From assembly GCF_000143415.4 (NCBI RefSeq), contig NW_003314420.1, positions 16,456-80,455 on the forward strand: a stretch of DNA of 64,000 nucleotides, read 5' to 3'. The notes beneath the pieces are model-generated. The model ran no database searches. It was not told the origin of the DNA and worked only from the letters and a program-made list of their open reading frames with translations. The stretch is from Selaginella moellendorffii. Its lineage: Eukaryota > Plantae > Lycopodiophyta. The position numbers and the translations under genes are program-made. Of this stretch, positions 50,490 through 63,162 are shown one piece after another. Numbering within the stretch: the first letter of the stretch is position 1; each line of letters opens with the position of its first letter.

Positions 50490-53400
50490 TATGGCCATAG
50501 ATAGAAAAGGGATTTGGTGGGGACTATAGAAGGGATATTGAGGAAGGCTGTTCCCCATGTCTGCAGGCATCCTAAGGATGCTAAGGAGTGGATCTATGAT
50601 GATCACTCATGAATAGAATTGGACACGTGGAGCACTTGGACCAAGTGTAAAGGTTGAGTGGCATGGATGCCATTCTTGGGTTAGCAAGCCCCAAGTCTAG
50701 AATAGGACTTATGAAGGTTGTGAGTGAGACTCCTCTAAGTGGTCAGAGGTGTGGTTAAGTGACTAAAGTAGAATAGGAAATTTAGTCACTTACAATTTGG
50801 TATCAGAACTGTTCTGTAGTCTGACTTTTATTGGTGCTCAAGTATATCACCACTTGTGTTGGCATCGGAAGGTCCTAGGAGTGGGCCTATCTTTGAGGAG
50901 TAGCAGGTCGGGAGGACATGGCTCTCCACTACAATTCATGTGTGAACTTGTAGGTAAGATGGTGGATAGAACAGAGCTAATAAGGGAACAATTTTGAGAT
51001 TTTAGGAACAGTATAAAGTTTTCCTCAGAGAGTTAAAAAGGTGATCTAGATGAATGTTTGACTTAATAAGTTAGCTAATATAGTTGTGGTAAACACCTAT
51101 AGTTGGGATCATGGGAAGGATAAAGACTCTAAGATAATAAGGAGTCGTAGGATTATCCTCATATAGTTGAGGATGTTGCTCATAAATTTGAGACGAGAAT
51201 TAATGAGTATGGGAGATCAAATACGGAAAAGGATAGAAGTCCTTGAAATGGTAGCCGGGGCTATATTGAATAAATGTTGGAACAATCTAAAGAGTTGGGT
51301 GTGAGGATGAGTTGGTATTCTTATCACATGGACAAATAGTTCTAAGGGGCAAAAGTAGCCCATATGGAATAAAGAATAATCAAATGTTAGAATAATATTT
51401 GTAAAAATGGTCCTTATGAGTAGAATATGAATAAAAGAAGTTATATTCCAACAAGTTGGCACCTCAAAAGTAGGATGTTATGGGTCGTCGGATTAGTAAA
51501 GTCCAAAAAGCTGGATGATTCAAGTGGAATCAAGAAATGGTCCTAAGGGATTAGTAAGAGCATTTAGACTGAGGTGTGTTGTACCCCATGAAGGATGGGG
51601 AGGATCATAAAATCCAAGTATGAGAATAGTGAGTATTTCATTAATGACAAAATATGCCATATTAAAGTTGTGGGAAAGTGTTCCCGAAAGAAAGCAACTT
51701 TAGTGTAGAGTTATGTGTGAATACTATAGTGCAGTGCTAGCTGATAGTTAACATGAAAAATGATTGTTTTGGTCTTGGCAAAGACCTAGACAAGTGCTAT
51801 AAGGGTAGGCTTGTAAAGTCGATAGTGTGGAGACACCAAATGTGCCAAGGTATGATGCCTTGAGATCAAGTTAGCAAGTTCATGAGAACCCTTTGCCCAA
51901 GGAATCCCAATGGAAATGAGAATAGTATAGCCTAAGTTGGAAAGCATGTAGTTAGAGTGTGGTGACCCAAATAATGATGGAAGTGTGAAAACATTAGTAA
52001 TGAGTTGTAAGACTTGACAACTATAAAACAACTAAGCAAAAGGTGTAAAATAATTAAATGGATTGGTAGAAGTTAACTACCCAAGACTTTTTATTGGGAT
52101 AAGGAGGTTAAATATACCCTTTCAAAGGATAAATTGCTTATAGTGCAATATAGTAAGTCAATGTTATAAAGGGAAATGTTTGTTATCAAAGAAGGCCATA
52201 ATTAGGATACCTAAACACTCTAAAACACCAGAAAGTTGTGTTTGATATTATAAGAGCATTAGATAAGGCCCAAAGGAATAGGTCCCTAGTGAATAATGAA
52301 TAAAGTGCTATCCAACGTTCAAGGTTGTAGAGACAAGAGAAGTTTGTCTATCCGGATTGGACAAAGCCAAAAAGGAATTTTGGCAAAGCTAGTGATAGGC
52401 TTATAAAGGCCCATAAGTAAGCAATGTTAATCCCAGTGTATTGGATTATAACGTGAGCATATTCAGATTGAGGAACCACACCCTAGGCTATCGGGTAAGT
52501 TTATCCCTAATAAATACTTGTTAATGCATGGTAGAAAGTGCAAAATTATCCTCTTAACCTAGAGGGGAATAACCTAAGGAAATATATGAGGCCAAAAGCA
52601 AATGATAAATGGGTGGAATTGAACTATAGTAATCAAAGAGCATAATCAAGAGTGGTTATGCAAGTTGGGAGTGAAAAATCAAATGGGTGTTTGAAGGTGT
52701 TGCTATTAGAAATTGTGATGCCATGGAGAGTTTAAAGTATGTTAGACCATATAACAATTAGAAGGCTTGCGAAAGAGAGGCATTAGCAAGCTAAGGGACA
52801 AAGTCCCTTCAAAGTTCCCAAAGACAATTCTAGATAGATTAGTACTTAAAAAAACAAGTGTAAATGATTTATAAAATGCACGAAATCAAAGTGGTGTTGT
52901 AGAAGTGTGGTCTTGAAGCTTGTTATGAGGTGAGGCTATCAAGGCTAGGGAAATAGTCTTTGAGTGTTCAAAAAAATGGATTTGAACGAAAGTCGATGGT
53001 TAAGAACTTTCACACTTATTCATGAAACCATATTACGCTAGCTGAGTGACTTGCTAAGTGAGATTGGCAATTTGGGCGGGGGGGACATAGACCTTAATTG
53101 AAGGTGTAACTACAAAAGGGGGTGGCCTATGGGGCCAAGCATGGAGGAGTCCATACATAATCACAGACTTGTCAAGTGAAAGGACTTGGCAGTTTAGAGG
53201 AACCCGGGGTGGTTAACAAGATAAAAGTCTAGAAGACCTAGTACTTATTAGCAAACCTACTAAGGTGTTAAGGTTATATCACTAGGTGATCTTATGGCTG
53301 AAACAAGGACAAAGTCCTTATGAGGTTGAGGAATAAAATTCTTAGTTCAAAGTGTTGATTTGAACTATTGGTAATACTATGGCTTGGTCAAAATGACCAA

Positions 53401-53925
53401 GTGGGAACAACACCCAAGGAAAAACACTTGGCAGTGCACCCAAGCTAGCCCTTCCAACCAAGGGTCCATAGCAACTGAGACTAGGTGTCCCCATCTCATT
53501 CATCACGTCTTTGGTGCCACTTACACCAAAGTGTTCAAGTTAGATAAACAAAGGGAATGACTTGAGAGACGATCCATAAGGGTTCAAATATAAAGGGAAA
53601 GGGCCTATGAATAAAAGTGCACCCCCTTTTCCAATCGGTTAAGGGTCTTGGGATATTTGGGGTTAAGCGTCCTTGGGTTTGAATAGTACTGGGTTGGGTG
53701 ACCTCCCGGGAAGTCCAAATTCATGAGCTTACACTTACTAGGGGTAAATACCCTTTAGACATGGCAAAGCAAAGCTTTTGCTATAGAACCGAAAGAATAC
53801 CTTAAAAATGGAGGTAGTGATCCTATGTTGCTTGGTGCAACAATCAAAGGATAGGAGCAAAAGACTAGGCGCCAAGAATGGGCCATGGAAATCTTTAGAA
53901 GGAATCCAAATGGAAAAGTTAGGTG
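50490..53925 (+). mobile_element. Older, diverged opposite-strand LARD-like copy (partial LTR to 50794, PBS, interior)
   Basis: Reverse complement of ~20780 to ~16955 with many transitions; ...cacttaca-att-tggtatcaga PBS at 50798. Confidence 0.85.
53546..53733 (+). mobile_element. 5'-truncated LTR of the Cassandra-like TRIM
   Basis: Same LTR sequence ending gcttaca; best-preserved 5S block at 53662-53716. Confidence 0.8.
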
Positions 53926-56644
53926 AGGAACATTTATGTGTTTGATACTAACAGATTTTGGAAAAGGAAATATATTTCCAAAGATGGATTCCTAAATATT
54001 TCAATTTGGCAAAATGAAAGCTCCAATGGAGAACGTTTCTACCTATGTATGCTCCTGCTCCACAAAAAAAGTGCTACAAGTTTTAGTGATTTAAAGGTAT
54101 TAAACGGTATTGCATATGACACATACTATTCTACTGTACAAGAAATGGGACTTCTATAGAATGATTATGAGTGGGAGAAATGTTTAGAAGAGTCATTGAT
54201 ATTTCAAATGCCTGCAAAAGTAAGGTATCTATTCAGTGTCATGTATTTGTTTTGCGAGCTTATTAATCCCAAAAAACTATGGGATAAATTCAAGGAAGGC
54301 ATGTATGAAGATTTGGTCTAAAATCACAACAACTATGAAGCAACAATGCAACATGGATTGCATGAAATGTCAATATTACTCTAGGAATATGGCAAGAAAC
54401 TGTCCGACTACGAGTTACCAGATCTAGAGTTTATAGATGATAATGAAACAACAACTGAAACAAGCTGTGTGCCATGCACACTTGATGAAGCTAAATTACT
54501 AAAAACCAGATTATTGTAAGCAACCAAACAGAACAACTCAAGAGATGATCCATAGGGTTCAAACACAGAGGGAAAAGGCCCATGAACAAGAGTACACCCT
54601 TTTTCCAATCGGTTAAGGGTCTTGGGATATTTGGGGTTAAGTGTCCTTGGGTGTGAATAGTATTGGGTTGGGTGACCTCCTGAGAAGTCCAAACTCAGGA
54701 GCTTACATTTGGTATCAGAGGGGTCTTGGGTCTGACTCTGTTGGTTGGCTAGGGGAATCACACCACATATTGATTGACATCTAGCTGGTCCAGTTATCTC
54801 CTGTTGGGCTCGACCTGAGGGGTAGGGTGCAAGAGAGAAGGGCTCGACCCGAGGGGTAGGGTGTCAAGAGAACGGGGCTCTCGGGAGAGCTGCGGCTCTC
54901 AGCTTCTGTTCACGAGGGCATGAACCCCATGGAATATCTCTCAAGTCATTCTCTTTAGTTGCTTACAATCCACCACGCTTCCCTGCAAGTTCATGCCCTC
55001 GTGAACAGCAACCAAAGAGAACGACTTGAGAGACGGTCCATGGGGTTCAAATATAGAGGAAAAGGGCCCATGAATAAGAGTACACCCCCTTTTCCAATTG
55101 GTTAAGGGTCTTGGGGATATTTGGGGTTAACTATCCTTGGGTTTGAATAGTACTGGGCTGAGTGACCTCCCGGGAAGTCCAAACTCAGGAGCTTACAATT
55201 ATTGAATAGCTTCACATATTTAACAACGTTTTAAATGCAATACAAAACAAAAAAGAAACAAGCAGATTATTCTTTGTTGATGGTGTGGGAGGCATGGGGA
55301 AATCATACCTTTTTAACACACTGATAAAATATGTCACTGCTTATGGCATGAAAGTCTTAGCAGTAATGTGGACAGAAATAGTGAGTACTCTTCTTATAGG
55401 AGGCCAAACATCTCATTCAACACTTAAGCTTCCGGTACCAATCACAGAAACATGCACCTTGGACCTATGAGAGAATTCAGCACCTGCCAAAGTCATAAGA
55501 AAAGCTGACCTGCTCATATGGGACGAAATAAGCATGGTACCCATTCATGCTTTTAAAGCTGTCAAGAGGGTCTTGCGCAACATAAAAAAATGTGATACAG
55601 AATTTGGTGGCATCACATTAGTAACAAGAGGAGATTTTAGACAGACATTACCTGTTCTAAACAGAGCCTGTCGCACAAAAATTGTCCAAAACAGCATGAA
55701 ATCCTCACCAATATGGTGGAAACTTGTAAAGTTCTCATTACATACAAACATGAGGGTGAACTCTGAAGAAAAGGAATGGTCTAGATGGTTTCTAAAGCTT
55801 GGAAATGGTAACCTACCTAGCCTCCAAGGATTCCACCAGGAAGTTATAAAATTACCTTGAATATTGACATCCAGAGAACAAATGATAGATAATGTGTTTG
55901 GAAAGCATATACAACCAAATGACCCAAACCTATCACAGAAAGCTATTCTCATGACTTTAAATGATCTCTCTCTACAAATGAATGACTAAGTTCTTTCGAG
56001 AATGACTGGCAGAACAATAACATACAGAAGCATTGACATTGTAGAAACAGATTCAGAAGAAGAGATGTTGGGCTATCCTATAGAATTCTTAAACTCAGTA
56101 ACACCATCTGGAATGCCTCCACACAAGATACAGATAAAAATCGGATGTATCATAATGTTGTTGTGCAACATTGACACTAAAAAAGGCCTCTGTAATGGCA
56201 CTAAACTAATTATAACCAAGGCACTACCAAATGTTATAGAAGCTGAGATTCTACATAATGGTATGCAAGGAGAAAAAGTCCTCCTACCAAGAATCTCTTT
56301 AAAACCAACTGATGGAGACATGCCATTTATCTTTAAATGACGACAATTCCCAATAAAGCTTGCATTCTCCATAATAATTTGCAAATCTCAAGGACAAACA
56401 TTACAGAATGTGGGTATCTACTTGCCAAGACCAGTTTTTGGCCACAGTCAACTTTAAGTTGCACTTTCAAGGGGAACATCAAAGAAACAAATTACAATAT
56501 TTATCGAATAATGTGAAGGACAAGGTGTGCTCCAGAACCATATTGTCTATACGAAAAACATTGTGTACAAAGAAATTCTCTAGGATTCATGTCACCAATG
56601 TAACAAATGTCTATATATCCCAGCAGAGCTGAATTCCCTGCTAG
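53925..56644 (+). mobile_element. Helitron 3' half: Pif1 helicase pseudogene plus terminal hairpin-CTAG
   Basis: [57 protein letters not shown]...KSQGQTL...PVFGHSQL; ends cccagcagagctga-attccctg-CTAG; interrupted by the TRIM. Confidence 0.92.
54515..55197 (+). mobile_element. Cassandra-like TRIM with 5S rRNA-derived domain in both LTRs
   Basis: 5' LTR 54515-54707 (tgtaagc...gcttaca), PBS tggtatcagag, ~300-bp non-coding interior, 3' LTR ending 55197, perfect TSD ATTAT; 5S box A-IE-box C sequence at 54636-54690 and ~55126-55180. Confidence 0.88.
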
Positions 56645-56815
56645 TATATTTAAACGACAGAGCTAGTATAATAATAGCATATGCTAGGGACACTTATTCT
56701 GGGCATTGCCAAAATTTAACGGTTGAGATTAAATAATGGAGAGTCGTGACTTTTGGGATCATTACAAATTTATGGAAAGTGATGTAGAGGAGAGAGCGTT
56801 GGTAGTGGGAAGGTA

Positions 56816-56816
56816 C

Positions 56817-56858
<42 letters not shown>
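56816..56858 (+). repeat. (CT)n microsatellite
   Basis: About 21 CT units with one interruption. Confidence 0.95.
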
Positions 56859-56862
<4 letters not shown>

Positions 56863-59800
56863 GATAACAGATTTTTGAAAACAACAGCACCACCTGAAAA
56901 ATCAGGATTGTGCACACATTCGAGCAAGGCAAAGATGTTAAGAAGAGTCACGGCAAAGAGAGTGCAAGCAACAAATGGAAGAAGAGCACCGTTTGTACAT
57001 CGTTTACATCTTTTTCTTTTTAAAAATTTACATCTCTTTCTCGTCATAGGAAAAACCTGGAGAAGTATCTGGAGGAGCTAAAGGCCAGGCATTGTGAAGT
57101 TTCAATCAAGGTAGACCAAAGAAAACAGCAGAAGATTTGCACAACCAATGGCCATGGTACTGCAGTTGCAGATTGGAGGCCAAAAGTGAAAGGCTGACTG
57201 CCGTGTAGAGAGAGCAAATGAAACTCTTAATACAAGCAACCTTTGGAAGAAGATACTTTTGGCATGAGTGACAGAGACTTCAAAGAAGAAGTAGAAGAAG
57301 ATGTAGATGAAGATGAAGCAAAACTGAGTCGTCTAACCTCGAGACTCAAGGTATATCACTTTCGTCACTACTTTTGTTTTTCCTTCCTAACTGCTTTACT
57401 TCCAGGAAATTGATCTTTCATATACTTCGAGTGCCACCACCAGGACCGTAGAGTAATAATGCCAGAGTTTGTAATACAATGGCCTCTTACTGAGAAGGAT
57501 TACCAAATAGGACATGGTGTGGAATGATTCAGAGATATTCTTCCAGCGGAGTGGGAGAAATGGCATCCATTGTTATGAGGAGAGTGCCAGACTAACTCGT
57601 TAGGCGAGTTATGGATGGGACGATTCTACTCACGGGTAGAAACCGCGAGTTTGATGGATTTAACAAGAGGATGTTCTTAGAGAGATCGATCATTGGACTC
57701 GGTTATCAGAGTGGTGCGAGCAGCAGACCCGTGAGTAGAATCATATGAAGGAATAAGAACTTAAGCTGATACAAAACAAGCTGCACTCTGTGTTTGCATC
57801 GGGTAGTTTCTTTAGTTTGTTTTCACAGGTTTACACAGAAGATTTAAAAGATGATTGATTCTAATGCATCCAATGCTATATAGTATAAGAAAAATTGAAA
57901 AACAGGACATGTACATGAAATGTGGATGCCTAGTGGATTCTCAGCCAGCTTTGACAAGATGGCTTGCCAGAGCGCTGTGTTGTAGATGTCACTGATGCTG
58001 GGATTGGCAAGAAGGTGGTTCTGGAGCTGTTTGTTTGTGATGGTTTTGCCATAAGCCTCTCCACAGTGCTCAAGTTGTGGGGGCGACTGGTGGATCTGTG
58101 GCTTGGAGAAGGAGAGGGTCACTCCCAGACGTGTAGAAAGCAATGCTGCTGTGTCAAACTTGGTAAAAGTTTTTTGAATCTGACTTTGTTCTTGTGTCAG
58201 GATTTCAGGATAAATACAACACAGAGAATAGGCCTTGGCCTTGTTCTAGAGAGATCTACAAGGCACATAGTTACATTCATCACATTTGTTTCTGTTATTT
58301 TCAACTGCACATGTGTTGTCCCATCAAGCCAGATGATTGCTCAGATTCTTCTCAGATAATTCAAATTCTCTGCTTGAGAAAGTAGTGATCGCAACAAACA
58401 AGTACTTCAAGCCACCTGGATTGCTGTCAAGATTTGATCGTGAGTTAAAAGCTCTTGGATAGATTTCTTTCACAATTTTTTGCAGGGCTGGCACTGAAAC
58501 AAAGTGGCATTGACAATGAGGTAGCCAATGAATTTACATGTGACTCAAATTGTGTAGTTTATTATATATAATACTAAGATATATGTGAACATCAGCTACT
58601 CGAGCAACTTGGGGAAGATGAGTATGACACATGTCTTGGAGCTTCCTCTTCATAGTGACCTCCCATGCCTCACTTCCATCATCAATAGTATGTGATGAGT
58701 GAGAGTGAACGAAATGCCTTTAAAAGAATAAACAGATTTACATAACATATAATATGTATAAGATGGGCGTCTCTAGCAAAGTTCTCCAGTTGTACCTTGA
58801 AGCATTGTTGAAAAAATGCGAAGAGTAAGACAAGCACCCAGATGACCATTGTGTTTGTGGTGCCATATAACAAGAGGATCTACCTCTGGAACTAAGTGAC
58901 TTGTGCAACCTTTCTGAGCCACCCAACTTTGACAACACTTGGGCCATGACAATCCTTTTCTAATGTTTAGTGATCAGACAAGTTGCATCAAAGAACTTCT
59001 TGGATTCATGATTGGAGTTTAGACTGACCTTTTCCAGGAGTATTGACAACAGAAGTAAGTTGAAGGTTTTTTTTCTAGATTCTTGAGTGTCCAGAGCTGG
59101 TTGCCAGAATCTGGTAATTGAACCTTTATTATTATAGATGTATACTCTTTTCTTTTTGGTTTTGAAGGTATTATTAATCAACTTAGTTGCAAAGACTTAT
59201 GAGGAGCTCATTGAATTGCTAAAAGACTTACTGGTGGTGGGGAGGATGAAAAGAGAGACACCTTGGAAAATGATAATCCCAAGATCTTTGCCAATAATTT
59301 ATTCCCCTCTTCTATGTGGCTAGAGTGGATGCAAGTGCTTAGAAGCTGCATTGTGCACCTGCAAAGTTTCTGTGAAAAAAATTGCTGCATTGAAAGCTGT
59401 AAATGACTATTGAATTACACTCCTTTAGACATGGACAATTGCAAGTGCGAAACGTTTCCTGGTAGAAACTGGAATTTTGATGTAAAAGGATATGCTCACA
59501 GCAACATAAAGTGGCCTGTCTAGATCAGATTAGTTCTTCTTTTTCACTCTACTTTCTTACAGACAAAGTCATGATCTGTTTTTAAAAAAGCCATTTCTAA
59601 GGGAATCAGACAGCATTAAATAAACTGTTGTGTATGTGTCTCTAGACACAACTTTGAAGCCATGAGCTTGGTTTGATTTGGTACATGATATTTGTACATT
59701 AACTCAGGGCATAGAAATGATTTCCAAACACATGTGTGTGTTTGATTTTATTTAGTGTTTTGCTCTTTCTCGTAAAGATTTTAGGTAAAAATCTAAATGT

Positions 59801-60345
59801 CTATATGTCATTCCAGATCACGATCCTAAAAAAAGCTTAAAACATTCAAAAGGAAACGTGCAGGCAGAAAACAGTTCAGAAGAGTGACCTGCACATACAA
59901 GAATCTCTATTCTATTGTGCAATTGCCATGTTTGCTTGAATATAAAACAGAAAAAAAACAAAAAAAATTTCTTACTGATAAGAAACAGCATCATTGCATG
60001 ATGATCTAAACAGAACTAACACCTACCAATGCTATTCTACTTTGCTGAAATCCACTAGCCTATTATACAAATTCAAATACCTAGCTGGAAATGGGAAGCA
60101 AGAGAAAGTGGAAAACTGTCGATGCCATTTTAGAAGGAGCAAATCGATATCAAGAACTCATACCTTTTACCACTAATGTGGAGATTTGTTTGGAAACTAA
60201 TATGGACAAAAACAATGCTTGCAGAATATGTGAAACGAGAGATGTTATGTCAATTGGCAATTTCTGTCACATGATTTCCTGTATTCCTGCAACTACTGCT
60301 TGTAGTGCAGTGAGACGAAAGAAATACATGGTTTAATGTCGGAGA

Positions 60346-60899
60346 ATGGAAATGGAAAATGTGAGCAACATTATCTTGATAAGATGGAAAAACAATGCAT
60401 ACATTGTAAGGCCCTTTTGTTTTTATGATGGAAAGTGTTTTCAACTGTTGTTGTGGTGGGATACAAATTCACATCCTTTTTCTCAATTTATCCAGAAACT
60501 GCTGGAAGAAACACCACAGCAAGAAAATTTTAAAGATTTAATACGAAATTATAATAGTACATTAGCATTTGCATCAATGGGTGCAAACATTGCAGTAGAT
60601 GGCCCTTATTATTTTAAAGTACATGGACAAATTTATCATAATATTGGAAGTTTCAGACCAAATAATGAAAAAGATGCGGTTTATTCACAATTATATATTT
60701 TAGATACTGCTCAAGCAACAGAAATAAGAATGAAAAACAAATACAATTCTAAATGTGATGAGCAACTAATGGGTGATCTTGATAAATTATTAAGAGAAAT
60801 AAATCCCTATACTAATGCATTTAAAATGCTGTGGGAAATGGAAAATGAAATGTTAAATTCAACAAATATTCAAGGAGATATAAGTGATATTATAATGTA
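60346..60899 (+). pseudogene. Helitron RepHel N-terminal region, truncated
   Basis: FKDLIRNYNSTLAFASMGA...GPYYFKVHGQIYHNIGS...YSQLYILDT...LLREINPY, typical of the pre-Rep region; the ORF stop is supplied by the CTAG of an oppositely oriented Helitron. Confidence 0.88.
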
Positions 60900-62748
60900 C
60901 TAGCAGGGAATCCAGCTCTGCTGGGATAGATAGGACATCTGTTACATTGGTGACATGAATCCTAGAGAATTTCTTTGTACACAATGTTTTTTGTATAGAC
61001 ATTATGGTTCTGGAGCACACCTTGTCCTTCACATTATTCGATAAACATTGTAATTTGTTTCTTTGATGTTCCCCATGAAAGTGCAACGTAAAGTTGACCG
61101 TGGCAAAAAACTGGTCTTGGCAAGTAGATACCCACATTCTGTAATGTTTGTCCTTGAGATTTGCAAATTATTATGGAGAATGCAAGCTTTATTGGGAATT
61201 GTCGTCATTTAAGATAAATGGCATGTCTCCATCAGTTGGTTTTAAAGAGATTCTTGGTAGGAGGACTTTTTCTCCTTGCATACCATTATGTAGAATCTCA
61301 GCTTCTATAACATTTGGTAGTGCCTTGGTTATAATTAGTTTAGTGCCATTACAAAGGCCTTTTTTAGTGTTAATGTTGCATAACAACATTACGATACATC
61401 TGATTTTTATCTGTAGCTTGTGTGGAGGCATTCCAGAGGGTGGTACTGAGTTTAAGAATTCTATAGGATAGTCCAACATCTCTTCTTCTGACTCTGTTTC
61501 TACAATGTCAATGCTTCTGTACGTTATTGTTCTGCCAGTCATTCTTGAAAAAACTTAGTCATTCATTTGTAGAGAGAGATAATTTAAAGTCGTGAGAATA
61601 GCTTTCTGTGATAGGTTTGGGTCATTTGGTTGTATATGCTTTCCAAACACATTATCTATCATTTGTTCTCTGGATGTCGATGTTAGAGGTAATTTTATAA
61701 CTTCCTGGTTGAATCCTTGGAGGCTAGGTAGGTTACCATTTCGAAGCTTCAAAAGCCATCTAGACCATTCCTTTTCTTCAGAGTTCACCCTCATGTTTGT
61801 ATGTAATGAGAACTTTACAAGTTTCCACCATATTGGTGAGGATTTCACGCTGTTTTGGACAATTTGTGTGCGACAGGCTCTTTTTAGAACAGGTAATGTC
61901 TGTCTGAAATCTCCTCCTGTTACTAATGTGATGCCACCGAATTCTATATCACAGTTTTTTATGTTGCGCAAGACCCTCTTGACAGCTTTAAAAGCGTGAA
62001 TGGGTACCATGCTTATTTCGTCCCATATGAGCAGGTCAGCTTTTCTTATGACCTCGGCAGGTGCTGAATTCTCTCATAGGTTCGAGGTGCATGTTTCTGT
62101 GATTGGTACCGGAAGCTTAAGTGTTGAATGAGATGTTTGGCCTCCTATAAGAAGAGTACTCACTATTTCTGTCCACATTACTGCTAAGACTTTCATGCCA
62201 TAAGCAGTGACATATTTTATCAGTGTGTTAAAAAGGTGTGATTTCCCCGTGCCTCCCACACCATCAACAAAGAATAATCTGCTTGTTTCTTTTTTGTTTT
62301 GTATTGCATTCAAGACATTGTTAAATATGTGAAGCTGTTCCNNNNNNNNNNNNNNNNNNNNNNNNNNNNNNNNNNNNNNNNNNNNNNNNNNNNNNNNNNN
62401 NNNNNNNNNNNNNNNNNNNNNNNNNNNNNNNNNNNNNNNNNGCATGGCACACATCTTGTTTCAGTTGTTGTTTCGTTAACTCCTATAAACTCTGGATCTG
62501 GTAACTTGTAGTCGGACAGTTTCTTGCCATGTTCCTAGAGTAATATTGACATTTCATGCAATCCATGTTGCATTGCTGCTTCATAGTTGTTGTGATTTCA
62601 GACCAAGTCTTCACACATGCCTTCCTTGAATTTATCCCATAGTTTTTTGGGATCAATGAGCTCGCAAAACAAACACATGACACTGAATAGATACTTTACT
62701 TTTGCAGGCATCTGAAATGTCAACGACTCTTCTAAACATTTCTCCCAC
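60900..62748 (-). mobile_element. Inverted second copy of the Helitron helicase 3' half
   Basis: Highly similar to 54172-56644; GVGGTGKS, GGDFRQ; terminal cccagcagagctgg-attccctg-CTAG|T at 60900. Confidence 0.92.
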
Positions 62749-62849
62749 CATAAAGCAAAGCATGATTGGTGCCTAAATACTTCTGGTAAGAGCCAGTGGT
62801 CATGCAAGCTCATCCACAAGTGACTGGTAAGCTGCAGCACTGACCCTCA

Positions 62850-63162
62850 AATACCACAAGTTGAAAAAAAAAATAGAGAAGAAATTGAAAAAGCTACAAG
62901 AAAAGTGAAATCTAGACAATGCAAAGCTAAATCTAAACCAAAATCCTAAATCCAAACTCTTTTTAGGGACAATTAAAGCTACCCCTCATCTCCACCAATG
63001 TGAGTGCATGGAATATAGAAATGGAATATAGAAATGTACACATCAATTAGCCAAAAACCTTAGCTTAATATAGGAGTGGAGTGAAACCAATCTGATAGCT
63101 ATCAAAATCCCACTACACTAATATTAGTATACAACATTGTAGCTGTACACTTGGACCTCACA
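62850..63162 (-). mobile_element. Truncated second copy of the short-LTR Ty3 (5' LTR 62999-63162, PBS, 5' UTR)
   Basis: Homologous to 30380-30673, including the cccctcatctccacca PBS. Confidence 0.85.

Noticed and set aside
53662-53716. Genuine 5S rRNA gene
   Set aside because: Only the internal ~55 nt is present, embedded in an LTR, without the 5S 5' end or an oligo-T terminator.
55545-56384. Antisense ORFs conserved in both Helitron copies
   Set aside because: Shadow frames of the helicase; conserved only through recent duplication.
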